From the NCBI RefSeq assembly GCF_001194135.2, contig NC_068981.1, positions 86,888,183 through 86,942,874 of the forward strand: 54,692 nt of DNA, read 5' to 3'. Of the stretch, positions 22,035 through 35,164 are shown piece by piece (positions within the stretch are counted from its first letter, which is position 1; the number at the start of each line of letters is the position of its first letter). Source of the DNA: Octopus bimaculoides (Eukaryota). The notes beneath the pieces are model-generated. The model had not been told where the DNA came from, did not search any database, and saw only the letters and a program-made list of their open reading frames with translations. The translations under genes were made by a program, and so were the position numbers.

Positions 22035-23428
22035 TGCAGGTCAGTCATTCTTCAATAAAATCAAAACCCCTTGTCTGATTTTCTTAAAACTTTTACGGGA
22101 TATGTAGGAGTATGTATCCCATGTCTCGTGTATTCTTCGTTTAAATCGGTGTGCATTTAAATCGGAAATTAAGAAAAATACGTTTCTAGGCCGTTTCTTT
22201 TTATTATGAAAGTTAACAAGGTACTGCTTTCCCCCGTGTGATTTGTGATTTTTAAATGTTTTTTCTTAATTTCAGATACTGGAAATATAGAAATGGGTCG
22301 AAGTAAAGATATAACATCAAAGGGGAAGAAAGAAATAGGGAAACTACTGGGAGAAGGAGATACAACAATTGTAATTTCTAAAATGCTAAATAGAGATCAC
22401 AAAACAATAAACAAATATACAGGTACAAAATATTAAGGGAGTAAGAATAAGGAGGAAAACGGGTTTCAAAAATATCACAAATAGGGATGAAAGAAAACTC
22501 AAAAGAATTATGTACAAGAAAAGTGGGTTAACCAGCAAACAAATCTCTGAAGAAGCAGGAATATCTAAAAACGTTGCACAATCCTAAAAGAAATAGGCAA
22601 AGTCATAAATTTCGCAAAATTGCCTCTTTTAGATAAAGTACACAAAGAAGAAAGAGTGGCGTGGACAGAAAGATATATGAAGACAGACTTTACAAATGTA
22701 ATTTTTACTGACGAATGCAGAGCAACATCAAATAGATATCATGGATGGACAAGATGCTGGGTGTCACAGGGAAAAAGTCAACCAACACGATTCAGAAGAC
22801 AGCGGGGTGATGGAAGAATCATGTTTTAGGATGGTATAGTTGGAGGAGACATTATAGGTCCATTTAAGCTTGGTGATGGAGTCGAAATAAATACTGAAAA
22901 TTATTGCAAGTTTCTAGATGACAACTTCTTCCATTGGTACAAGTCAACATTGCGAAGTTTCAAGTTAAATAGCACATTTATGCATGATAATGTCCCTTCA
23001 CACTCTGCCAAACTCACTATTAACCATTTAGCCAAGAAAAGTTTCAAAGAACATAAAATAATGGAATACCCCCCCCCCCCACCAATCTCCAGATCTAAAC
23101 CCAACTAGAGAATTTGTGGTCAATTATTAAAAAAGATGTATATTCACAAAGGTAAAATATATACATAATTGTTTGTAATTATAATTATATGGTGGAAGAT
23201 ATACGTATATATTAATGGTCTGGTTATGAATTGTTCTTTATGTAAATCACTTTACATATAGTTTATATATTTGTTAACTTGCATAATAAAGCCAAACACC
23301 CTATAAACGTGTTTTTCTTCATTCCTGCTTTAAATGTACACCGATTTAGACGAAAAGTACACGAGACATGGGATACATAATCCTACATATCTCGTAAATA
23401 TTTCAAGAAAATCGGACAAGGAGTTTTG
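22035..23428 (+). mobile_element. Tc1-like DD37E (TRT-type) transposon with long TIRs, decayed
   Basis: ATG at 22293 gives MGRSKDIT...LNRDHKTI; then VIFTDECRAT...RFRRQRGDGRIMF...GPFKL...FMHDNVPSH...[PP.S]PDLNP.ENLW. Restoring the C-run frameshift gives 37 residues between the second D and the E. TIR match: 22062-22190 with the reverse complement of 23299-23428. Confidence 0.85.
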
Positions 23429-23462
23429 NNNNNNNNNNATATATATATATATATGCATGTGT

Positions 23463-23515
<53 letters not shown>

Positions 23516-24024
23516 TGCATACAGACAGACAGACTGACAGACATAATGTGTGTGAATGCATGTGTGCATTTATGTTTATACCGGCCTAGAACCCGATGGT
23601 AAAGTTGTGTCCTCTTTTCTCTTCAATGACTTAGTGGTTAAACAACTACAGCTATATGTCGATAAAAATCAGGGTCACTTACTATAAAAATTAGGGTCAC
23701 TGACTTAACTCGATTACAATCGACTAAAATCTCGAAAGACATCTCCTAGCAATACTGCAGTCCAGTGACTGAAACCAGGAAAAAGACAAAAAAATTTAGT
23801 AATCCTCATGGAGTCGTATTTCGATATTTTTTCATTTGCTTCATTGACATTTTCCTTGACTTAATTTCCATGTTACAGTTGAAAATATAAAAAGGAAACC
23901 AAGTGTATGCAGGAAATGCCAGTTGTTAAGTGATTGAGTAATTGGTTGTGTAGGTATGAGCAATGGTATGTTTTTTATTCGTGTATGTGTATATATATGT
24001 GCGTGAGAGAGAGAGAGAGAAAGA

Positions 24025-24083
<59 letters not shown>

Positions 24084-26437
24084 GCAGAAGTATTTGCGTA
24101 CACCTCTGGGTCCGCCAAATATCTTGCTTTCACTTCTCAGAATCATCCTGAGAAATGCTTCAACATCTTGAAAGGAAACGAATCTAGATCACTCAGATTG
24201 GTAAAAACAAAAAAAAAATTTCTCGTTTAATTATTAAATAATTATTGCAATTATCATTTATGTACACTTTAAGAATTTTCTTAATACTGCAACAAGGGTT
24301 GATCTTACCGAAGTGCTCGACTTGCAAGAAACACCAGCCAAATTTGTCTCAAATCACAACCTACTTTCTTTCCAAAAATAATGCGTTAAATAATGTAGTC
24401 AGAATAAATATCATGCTGAAAAGGAAAAACTTTAAAATAGACATACGGAATAATCTACTCCAGACTATTGTATATTTGAAGAAGAAATTCTGGTTGATCA
24501 TCGTTTGAATATACTAAACAGTGCTGACATAACGTGAGGCAGCATCAGCAAAATGGAAATTCGAAAAGAAGTAAATACAATATTTATTAAATAGTAAATG
24601 GTATCGTAACAGCCTGAAGGAATATCTCTCAATATGTGTCGCTTTAATAAATTATCTTTCATCGAACGGAAATCATTTTGTCATGCTTATCAATAGCTGT
24701 GGATGATGCTAAGCACTTTTTAATAGCATATTCTGGAGAGCCGAAATGCTTGCTTCAAGTGAAATCTATCAGTAAATCATTCTCTAAATTATGCTAATTT
24801 TCACTTCTGCTAATATACAGTATTTTTAGTAAATTTTCTTAGTTGTCTCTTGCATTTTCCTGAATAATTAATGTATTACTAGTCAGTAATTAATAATGCA
24901 TTTCACACTGCATCAAAATATGGTAAGACTATTTTAACTGAGCTGTTGATTGGATGTAAATGTTAACTTTTCAGTCTTGGAACCAATAACGTAAAGAAAG
25001 TCCCAATGAAGATATTTAAAGAGAGAGGCAGGATAAGATATTGGAGTCAATGTAGATCACAATTTAAAATTTCTTCACTATATAAATATTCAAATACAAT
25101 TAGAAAAATCTACGTAAACAAGTACACATATAGCTTTTTTTTTATTACACGAATTCGTACTACCCAAGTTTGAAAATGTCTGCTTACTAAGATCAAAAGA
25201 TCAAAAAATCGATAAATTTATTGCGGTGCGGAAAAATAAAACATTCACCAGTTTTATTAGATTCCCTTGGATTTATTATATATAGCTTTGTAATTAATAG
25301 CCTTCTTTCAAACTGATATAATTTCTGGGAGAATAAAATCAGCTGCCATAAGTTAGCAATACAGAATGGTATCGATAGCAACAACGTCTTCCACACCTTT
25401 TGTTTTATCATCTCCATTCTTACCACTTCTCGCATCAAAGAACTTCAAAGAGTTAATATTCCAGGCATGTATTATCAGTGTAATAGAGATTGTCTAATAC
25501 AATATGCAAATAAGATTACGCTTCATACAATATATCTAAACAAGCTTCATCCAAACAAAACAGTACTAAACATTTTTAGTCAATTCATAGATCTGTAAAA
25601 GTACAAGGTATCCGAATTTACAAACCGATTCATTTTGCTTCAGCTTATTGAAACATCTGTAGGTTTAACATATCGCACCGTTTTATACTTATTTAAGCAT
25701 TCATTGAAAGCTTATAGCTGAGTACCTTCTGTTGTAAGCATTCGAATCAGACTTTCGGAAAATTTATATGATGTCTTGACGCATCGATTTTCACAACACT
25801 TTCCTTCAGGTCGCATCACTATTTGTCAGAGGATAGATATAAAAAGTTTTCTCTTTAAAGGCCTGCCACCAAATAAAACAAAGAGCCTTCCTCTAAGTAA
25901 TAACGCCTTGAGAGTAAGGCTAGCTTATCTGCTTGTACATATTTCCGTATCCTTTCTCCCCAGGATTCAGAATCCCATCTGTTGTTTCCGCGCTAATAAT
26001 AGGTATTGAAATAACGATAATTCAGGAATGATGGTCTTATTTCTCGCTCTGTCACCTAACCTCCATTAAATAATCTAAAAATGAAATCAGATGAATAATA
26101 CTCAGTCTGCTGAGTCATTTTTACCTTTTATATACAAACACCCGTAGGCTTTGATCTGGCTTAGACCCTGACAATCATCTCCCGAAAGACAAACACTAAG
26201 AGACAAATCTTTCACTCCTTAGCTGTAGCATATGTCTAGTGCCAACACGACAGTCTGTTTACCAGATACCCTTAGAAAAGCGATGTCTAGTTTATGTAGA
26301 ACCCACTCTCCTCACAACTCACTTCTCAAGTGACAAGGAACTGTTCGACACTCTCTCTTCTTACAAAAAAGACATCTATCTAATTTCATTCCTATCTGAC
26401 AAAACTGGCTAAGGAGCTGGATATTTTCGTACTCTGA

Positions 26438-26655
26438 ATTAATATTGGTTTCAAATTTTAGCACAAGGCCAACAATTTCGGGGAAGTGGATGAGTCGATT
26501 AAATCGACGCCAGTGCTCAGCTGACACATCTTATCAATCCTGAAAGTATGAAAGGTAAAGTCAACCTCGGCGGAATTTGAACTCAGAACATAATGACGGA
26601 CGAAATGCTGCTAAGTATTTTGCCTGGCTAACTATTCTACCAGCTCGCTGCCTTA
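26438..26655 (-). mobile_element. SINE family A, full length
   Basis: The reverse complement head is aaggcagcgagctggtagaatagttagc, with the ctaaaatttgaaacc tail. Confidence 0.85.
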
Positions 26656-26670
26656 CCTTGAATTAATATT

Positions 26671-26811
26671 TCTTTCAAATTTTTGCACAAGGCTAGCAAT
26701 TTTGGGAGAGTGGATAAGTCGATTACATCGATCTCAGTAGTTGATTGACACTTTATTTTATCGACTCTGAAAGTATGAAAAGCAAAGTCGACCTCAGCGG
26801 AATTTGAACCT
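26671..26811 (-). mobile_element. SINE family A, 5'-truncated at the B box
   Basis: Same core and tail type as its neighbour. Confidence 0.8.
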
Positions 26812-27342
26812 TAAATTAATATTGACATCTATATGTATCAGTATAGATGATACCTTAGTGTTGTCATCTACACATCATCCTGACCGATATAAAGACCTGC
26901 AAAATACTGTTACTTTCCTCCCAACCTTCAAACCCTACTTTCGTCAAACTCTTACTGTCTATACTCCTATCCGATGCTCCTAATCACGGTTACCCAACAA
27001 ACACCCTTATATTGCACAATATTCTCACCTTCTGAACCTTATGGCACTTTAAATCAGTTACCGAGTTAACTTTTCCTGGAAACAAGCATGTTTCACCACT
27101 GACCCACCTAAGACAGCTAAGCAAGGGACTGGAACCATTTTCTTTGGTATGTCTCTTATCATCTCTTACACAATCGAAGCTTATAAACCCCCAATTCCCC
27201 ATGAAGTTCACATACAGGCGAAGCACATGGCCTAAAAACACAGGAATAAATTCTGGCTGTTCCCAATATGATAAATTTTGCCTATAGCGTACACTCGAGT
27301 GAAATTCCTCTCTCCTCTTTATTATATATACGTGCATTCGAA

Positions 27343-28291
27343 TGTAGCAGGTAACAGCTAGCCTTTGGATGTTATTTGGACCCTGTTGTGTCCACTACTC
27401 TGATTGGTTGGTATTGATACAATTTGTCTCTTACTCTGTCGCGCCAGTTTGCAGCGTATAACCAATCGGAACCTTTAAACAAATCATGTGAGACAGCCTG
27501 TTCTCAACCCAGTTTTGAGCCTACAGTTCCTTATAAAAACCCAGCTTCTCCTCGTCTAGACATCTTTGGTTTCAGATCTTTTAAGGTATAGCCACTGCCC
27601 ACACAAGACACAGCCAGTTCCAGCGACGACACCACAGAGCCACGCTGAGACTTACCAACTTCGTCCAACAGCATTACAGCAATCACTTTCTTCGTCCCCA
27701 CCATCATCTTCTTAACGTCCTGACGTCAACATCATCTCTCAACGTACACAGCTCAAAAAGCAATTCGCCCAGGTTCCAACACTTCACTGGTCGTGAATTA
27801 CTCCACCATGGATCAACAGCAAATGTACAACCTGCCAGAACCCTTGTACGAAGTGACCCAGGCAACAGCATTACGGCCACAACTTCTCGTACGGCATGTA
27901 CCGCAACCGGCTCAGCATCATGGCCGCAATTTCTAGATACAGTATTTCAACTACCGTGTACAATTGACTACGAACTGGTTCTTGTGTCTATTAACATACT
28001 TATTATAGACTCTTTCACTATTTGCTTCTTAGTTGCTATTCTTATACGTGCTTAACACACACGCATACATCCATGTCTATACACACATACACTTTGTTCT
28101 CATGATAGCCTGGCTTTTATTCTGTATACATGACGCACACACAGACACACATGTTGACATATCAATAAATGTTCTCTTAAATATTCTACTCGGTTGTGTC
28201 TCTCTCATTTCCTTCTGGCACATATAAGTATTATTCTTTTTATATTTATTGTAAGGGCTGTGTGATGTATCTGAGACTTATCCTTGTTACC
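27343..28291 (+). mobile_element. Probable solo LTR (about 950 bp)
   Basis: TGTAGCAGG ... CCTTGTTAC(C) imperfect terminal inverted repeat, TATA-like TTATAAAA at 27531, AATAAA at 28164, and GC content above the flanks. No TSD or PBS seen. Confidence 0.5.
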
Positions 28292-28329
28292 TTTCATCGT
28301 ACGGTCTTTGCATACCCAATTGCGGAACT

Positions 28330-29220
28330 CCAACAACATGATAAAAGAAAAAATGTCCTGTGCATCTTATAGCCTTCAAGCTAACCCACATCTCAAATTG
28401 CAGCTAATTCTTTTGATCCCTTATCAATCGGTTTTCTACAAATTTGTGGCATTTCTACATCCACTGAGTCTCAACCTTGATGATTCCGTAAACAGTAATT
28501 CTGCGTATAAAACTTTTACATTCCATTTTGCACCCAGATCCACATTAGATGTAGACTTTGCTCTACCCCAAGTATAACTACTTTAAAACATTCCTTCTCT
28601 ATTCTACAGTCTCATGACCGCGTACTTGTCAAATGTGAAAATACCTCCATTTACTTCAAGCGAAAACACGTATTTAACACTATTTCTTCTGTTACTTTCA
28701 AATGTTTCTGTAAATCTCAAATTCTAGAACGAACACCTATCCCAGCCAAATTCTTCCGTCTTTGTCTCTCTCTGCAGCGATCTATTGCGATTTCTCTGTG
28801 ACATGTTTCTAAAGATAGATCTTTAATGTATCCACCCCAAAGAAGAGTACTCTCTCCTAGTCTTCCAATTTTCAACTTATCCGTCTAATTTTCTTAATTT
28901 CAAAGGTGATGGAATCAGTTATTAACAAACATTTTCCCCAGCACGTTGAGTCTCTATGCCTCTTCAGTGACTACCAGTATGTCTCCTGCATAGGCAGATT
29001 AAACACGTACCTATATCAATGACATGTGGTCCTAGAAAATTTCAGTGAAAGTAATGTCGTTGTACTTGACATCCGCATGAAAACCTCCTCGCTAAGCATC
29101 CTGCTTTTAGAGTTTTTATACTCTTCCACTTCACACACAAATCCTACGTTAACATAACCCAACCTCCTTCTTTTGGACGCCAACATTCTGGAATTCACTT
29201 CACATCATTCCGGTAGGCAT
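28330..29220 (-). mobile_element. Possible highly decayed L1/Tx1-like ORF2 C-terminal fragment
   Basis: Weak motifs only: CWRPKEGGW (compare C.P..EGGLG) and CNLRCG...DAQDIF (compare the CxxC...H zinc knuckle). Confidence 0.25.
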
Positions 29221-29928
29221 AAAGCTTACAGATGTTCAATATGAACAAACACAAAATGCCACTAATCTCGAGGAATATTTACGAAGGTCATGGATAGTGC
29301 TCTTCTTCCAGACGAAGCGATAAAGATATAAATATCTGCAGAGCCAACCTACGAAGACGCATTTTACAGAGTGTAACATAACAACAGGTTTGCTGTGAAT
29401 TTGTTCATAACCTAAAGAGTTTGAAAGTATAAATAGAAGATGTGGTTAAGTAGATAGCTTCACATGTTATATACTCCTAAGAAACGAGTTCATTTTATTG
29501 TTTCCTTATTCAAAACGCTGACATTTTATTTTTCCTGTCCAATATCTACCTGTTGGGCGCTTATTCAAAGGCTTTTGTTCTGTCAATATCTCACTGTTAA
29601 TAGGTATTTTATTGAGAATTACCTGCAGAATTTATTGCAGTTTCTTTAGATTGTTTTTAACTCTGGTGTAATCTGATAACTTTGTTTGGACAATAGAAAC
29701 ATCATTAGACAGTCTCATGGTTATACTGTCTTTTTAAAGATTACTTTACTCAACAAGAAGATACAGTAAACTTTCTTGAGGCCCACATACGGCAAAACCA
29801 TGCAAAAAACAACTATTCATATTTGTTAAAATATACAAGTTTACTTGTGTGTGTGTGTGTGTGTGAAAGAGAGAGAGAGTTTGTGCATATGTGTGTGTGA
29901 GTGGGCGCGCGAGTGTGTGTGTGCGTGC

Positions 29929-29972
<44 letters not shown>

Positions 29973-30734
29973 CTGCGTGGTCCAATATGTGCTTGCTCTT
30001 TTAAGACTCTACATGGGGATTCGACGAAGTGCTGCTGCTATTTCAAGACGATGGAGCAACGCATAGAGACTCCCTCTGATGGTACATATCGAATGGTAAA
30101 TATCGAAATATTGCCAATCAACAGTTCGTCAAGTCATCTTATGAAGTATACTGTAACAGAACTGAGTTATGAAACGTGTTCTGTTTCGCAGATGGTAATT
30201 ATTTATTTAAAGGAAGTTTGACTGCTCTTGTTATCAAATTGTGTGAACACAGAGACTGCATCGTTGGGCTATTTGTCTTGATGTATTCTTTCGTGTCGTC
30301 ACCTTTATAAAGAGAGCAGCCTAAATATTTATAGCCTGTAACATTTTCCTGTATTCCTTCAAGAAGAGTAATATGAGCTTCTGGTGTTGATGTGCGCATT
30401 TTGGAAGTGCGGAAATGGCGCTGAAATCGTTCATTAATTATTTTGTGTTGTAAATGCTTAACTTTTCAAACTAGTTAAGAGAGAAGGGGAGAAGGTAGTA
30501 TCTCTGAATATATTCAGACGGTCTCAAATATTAGTGATAGGGAAGAAGGTATCCTGAAACCGGAGACCTGGGCTGAGTGTTTGCAACGGAGTCGACGCCA
30601 CTAAAGATGCAGATGGTGGTATTAAACTGGGCGATAGATTAACTCCACCACCCAAGTAAACCATGACAAGAACGCAGAACGCAAAGAGCTAGAACAAGTA
30701 ACGTGAACTGTCCAATCCTGTGTTCTTACAATTC

Positions 30735-30892
30735 CACCAATGCACTGCTCTCAATTGCTCCTAGTTTTTAGACTCCGAAAGGACGAAATGCAGAATTGAT
30801 TTCGACGGGATTTGAACTCACAGAACCGAAAGCAAGAACAAATATCGAGAGGAAATACATCTAACGCTCTGACGCATCTGCCAAATTATCAC
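30735..30892 (-). mobile_element. SINE family A, highly decayed
   Basis: actccgaaaggacgaaatgcagaattgatttcgacgggatttgaactc segment. Confidence 0.55.
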
Positions 30893-31544
30893 TTATTGTG
30901 CTACACTACAAAGAACATTGTAAGATTATCTAAAAAGTATTGATTTTCAAAGTAGATAGAAAACACCAATTAGATGCATTATCTGACCTATGGTAACTGG
31001 AAAATATTTGGAGCAAGAAGAGAAAGCCATATTCATTTAAAATTATAAAGAAAATTATGCTGATACATTCCGAATTCGATATATTTGGAGGCCAAGTTTA
31101 AATTTGCATCTTCATAGCGAAACATGATTAAATGTGTCTGAATCTAAAGAACATAGTGTAACTAATAATTATATGTTTTCAAATTAATCTTTAGAGAGTT
31201 TTTCAATAGCATTTTAATGTTTATTTTTCAGTATAAGTATATATCATAGCTTGCTGTATAAAAATATTGTTGAATATTCAAGACAAGAGTATTCCAACTC
31301 TTACAATATCGAAACTTTGAAATCGTTATATTACGGATCCCGAGAATTTTTTTTTCACTTTATTTTTGATTAAAGCTTGTATTTTACTAGCCAGTGATGG
31401 AGATTTTACGTGGTCGTTCGATCTGCAAGAAATAGTAGCCGAATTCCTCTCTAGCCGCATCCTAATAGCTTATACAAAGAAGAATATATTGGAAAATGTA
31501 GTAGTTGTTTATGTTGTATGTTTATCTTAGTCGTTATCGTCAAC

Positions 31545-31810
31545 GTTATTTTTATCATCACGACCACTCCCACCACCATCACCAAGAACAATAATGTTAA
31601 CGCCACTATCTTTCGCACCACTATAATCATCATCATCGTCACCATCATCATCATCATCATCGCCTCTACCATTATCGTTTCCTCTACCATCATCATCACC
31701 ACCATCACTACCATATATAAGAGGCAGGATCATCATAGTTGGAACGCCTTTGATTGTAGAACCTAATGACAACAATAACAGCAACAGCAGTAACAGCAAC
31801 AACAACAACA
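31545..31810. repeat. (CAT/CAC)n and (AAC/CAG)n trinucleotide low-complexity tract
   Basis: Direct inspection. Confidence 0.85.
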
Positions 31811-32149
31811 AAAGTATGTATTATATTTATTTTGTCATAGCACCCAATGTTTATATTTTGAAGTATGTATTAAAAGAATATCTTTAAAGCTTAGTGAAAT
31901 CGTTTATTAGTGTCTCATTTGTAATATTGATTACCTACAAAAAAATTGTCTCGGGTACCTCCTAGTTCTATTTCAGTTCAGTGAGAGCGCCAATGTTTTT
32001 TTGTGATCCTCTAAGAAACAACGATAAACATCTTTTGGCAAATTTGAACTCAATACACAGATATTATGTCTAAAGAATTTGGATTTATTAGGTTGGTTTT
32101 GTTTTCCTTTAGGTGTTTCTTGACTAGGAAGACCTTGGAAAGAAAATGT

Positions 32150-32500
32150 CGACGACGACGACGACAATGGTTGTGGCGGCGGCGAAGAGCGATTGTGATG
32201 ATGACGATGATGATGATGAGGGACGCGGAAGCTAGTCGTGTTAAAGGTAGTATTGCTGTAGCTGCTGTTGCCGTGACGGTGACGGTGATAGTGATGATGG
32301 TGATGATGGTGATGGTGATTACATGGGGGATAACATGGTGATAGTGATAAAGATGACGATGGCCACGACGATGAAAACAATGATGAGGATACTGATGGTG
32401 GGGATAATGATGTTAATGACGGACGATGACGGCTATGATGATGATGATGTAGGGGAAGAGGATGGAGATGTTGATGATAAGGAAGATGATGCTTGATGAT
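32150..32500. repeat. (GAC/GAT/GGT)n trinucleotide low-complexity tract
   Basis: Direct inspection. Confidence 0.85.
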
Positions 32501-33286
32501 TATAATGACGATGAAGTGTTCTAGCGTTTTTTCATATGCATATATATATATACACGCATGTATATATGTTTATTTATATACACACATATACATATGTATA
32601 TATATATATATATTTATATATGTGTATATAAATACACACACAATATACACGCACATATACACACACACAGGCAATCACGCACACACATATATGTGTGTGT
32701 GCACACAAACACATACAAGCATGTATACGGACATACACACATACATACATAAATACATCTTCCTAAAGCCATTCGTTTTCATTCAATAAAGAGCTTTAGA
32801 TTGTACACAGCAACAGCCTTGAAATGACTCTAATTTAAGATCAATGCAGTATCTTTGTTGACAATTACCTACTGGGCGGAGCTGATTAATCGGAGTGCGT
32901 TTGGTAAACGATAAACATAGTTTTAACGCTCTTAATTTATATGCTAAATTCTAAATTGATAGATCAGTATACATGCAGAAAGTAATGGCGGTTCTTTGAA
33001 TTTGCTTGTAAATTTTTGTCATTGTTACCGTCAAAATATTATAGTCGACAAATATAAATACGTATTTAAGCAAACATAAAAGAATCACTGTGAAACAGTT
33101 CTTCTGATTTAATGTGCTAAAATTTGATATTTTGAGGACGAAAAGATTAAAGGAGAAAAGAATGATTAAAAAAACCAACTTATCTAAAATAATTGGGTAA
33201 GAAAATGGAGGAGGCCTTAATAAAACATGAAGCTATATTTGAACTGATTACAACACCAGGGACACCTTGGCACTGAGGCACCTTAA

Positions 33287-33576
33287 CCCATTACCTACCA
33301 GTGATCTCATATGAGATCACTTAAAAATTACAAATTTCGTAATTATCTGTCAATATTTACACATATCTAACCTTTTTGCTATATCTACTAGGTATATTTC
33401 TCTGATATTCAAATGAGGTTTGCTAATTTTTCACCCAATATCTCGCTTATTTCTATTTAAAATGTTATTTTGAAATGTTATTTTGATCATTCCAGCGTGT
33501 TTCTAAGGCTGTTTTATGCTAGAAATCAAAGTTTCATTAAAAAATTCCAGTTAATAGAATTATGGGAGGTAATGGG
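33287..33576. mobile_element. piggyBac-type MITE, 290 bp
   Basis: TTAA|CCCATTACCTACC ... GGGAGGTAATGGG|TTAA: 13 bp TIR (12/13 match) with a TTAA TSD on both sides. Confidence 0.85.
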
Positions 33577-34473
33577 TTAATCATCCATGCAGGTTGCAAT
33601 ATAGACAGTAGAACAGATTATGGCAGGAAGGAGTTATCCAGAACCCATGACCTGGATAGGGCTTGGCCGCCGGGCCGAAACAATAGCCTGGCGTGGGGAA
33701 CTTCTCTGAACATCTACTGTTCACTTTCCCTGAGTGTCTTACTACCTATTTGAATGAATGGCTCTGACTTCGGCTAATATTTCCATGAAAATTCTAAAAA
33801 AAAAATTATTTAGATATTTTAAGGTTGTATTCCTAAAAATAATCATAGCAGTTTTGAAGCAGAAAATTTGTCTTAACAATCATAAAAGCATAGATAGAAA
33901 TATTTAAGAAGAGCTTCTATCATGTAGTGTCTTTGCCGCAAGAAAAATTATTTATATATTCAGAACACTTATCTGTAGCCATTAGTGAATTTGGTTTCCA
34001 TTTTGATATTTGCAATGTTATTTTTGCGCTCTTCGCTCTGAGAATATGTCAAATGGCTTGGAACGGAAGTGTTTAGGAAACTTAAAACCAGAAGAAATAT
34101 ACTCCATCCAATTTATATGGTGGCACATAAACTAGTTATGAAGACATATAGATGCATAGGCGTATAAGACTCTTTGGTTAAAAAGGAGACGAGCGGTTGA
34201 TTTTATCGAAATTTTAAACAAATAAGAATGCAAATATCAATTTATGCAAATATCAATTTATCAAGCAACAAACAGTACAAATCATAGTTTACATAAATCA
34301 TAGTGTGCATAAATTACATATTATGAACTTAGAACAAATATTATTTTCTATCCCTCTTATGACTATTAGTTGGTCAACAATTTTACTAACAGATATGTTG
34401 GCGTACTTTCGCTTAATATTTAGTAATATCACACAGGGAAGCGAATATCGAAGACGTTTTCCTCAAGAACGAC

Positions 34474-34890
34474 AGACAATACAGTGAGCTGGTTGAACTC
34501 TGTGAAAACAGTGGAAGGAAGGCAATATGCCGCTCTGTAGAGATAGGTGTTGGAGGGTTTTTGGAACAAAGGTTCAGTCGGTGCTCAGGAGTCTTGGTCT
34601 AGACGTGAAGGAGACAAAAGTTGTTGTCAGAAAATTGTCGAAACCGCGGAGAAAACAAGCCAAGGCATCTGGCTCCAGAGAGAAGATGAACGGTGCAACA
34701 AGAACTAGCACTGAGGATGTTAAAAACATTTGGTCCAGAGTCGCAATAACTGACTCAACAAAGATCGTTTTGTTTTGTGAGAGTTTTGTCGCCTATATCG
34801 GTAGGTGGCCCCGAGCAGCTCTGATGTCATAGTGGAAGGGGCCAAAAAACCTATAGAACTACTTCACTGCCAAATGAGACATCGACTCCT
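34474..34890 (+). mobile_element. Hero-like RLE non-LTR retrotransposon 3' fragment
   Basis: QYSELVELCENSGRKAICRSVEIGVGGF.GTKVQSVLRSLGL...LSETAEKTSQGIWLQR matches the RLE C-terminal pattern Y.EL...C...GW...C..VE.G..GF. A 3' UTR follows. Confidence 0.65.
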
Positions 34891-35164
34891 GCATTTGGAG
34901 TTGAGGAAAAGCAGCATCCTCCACACAAGAGTATTTTCCCTAAATCTACTCCTCAGAAATGACCGCAATTGTCCGAGGCCGTTGAAAAAGCGATAAGCAG
35001 AACACAATGTAGTAAGAATGATTACCAGTACACAACTGATTTTGTTGGAGCCTGGTGCTACACTGGGAAAACCATTCTTGAAACCAGTTTCGACCGCACC
35101 AGCTGCAGTTGCCTCTGAATCTAGTGGACGTAACAAGCTTTATAAAAACCTTTTTTTTTTGTTT

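Noticed and set aside
24090-24200. Possible exon (TTGCAG|...EVFAYTSGSAKYLAF...|GTAAAA)
   Set aside because: The donor is weak, the acceptor follows a GT repeat, and I recognise no homology.
30199-30420. GYKYLG-containing ORF and TATA/CRE-like motifs
   Set aside because: These short motifs are expected by chance in AT-rich DNA, and there is no supporting RT context or downstream exon.
34864-35160. Overlapping ORFs between the Hero and hAT fragments
   Set aside because: No motif recognised; probably hAT 3' sequence or unrelated decayed repeat.
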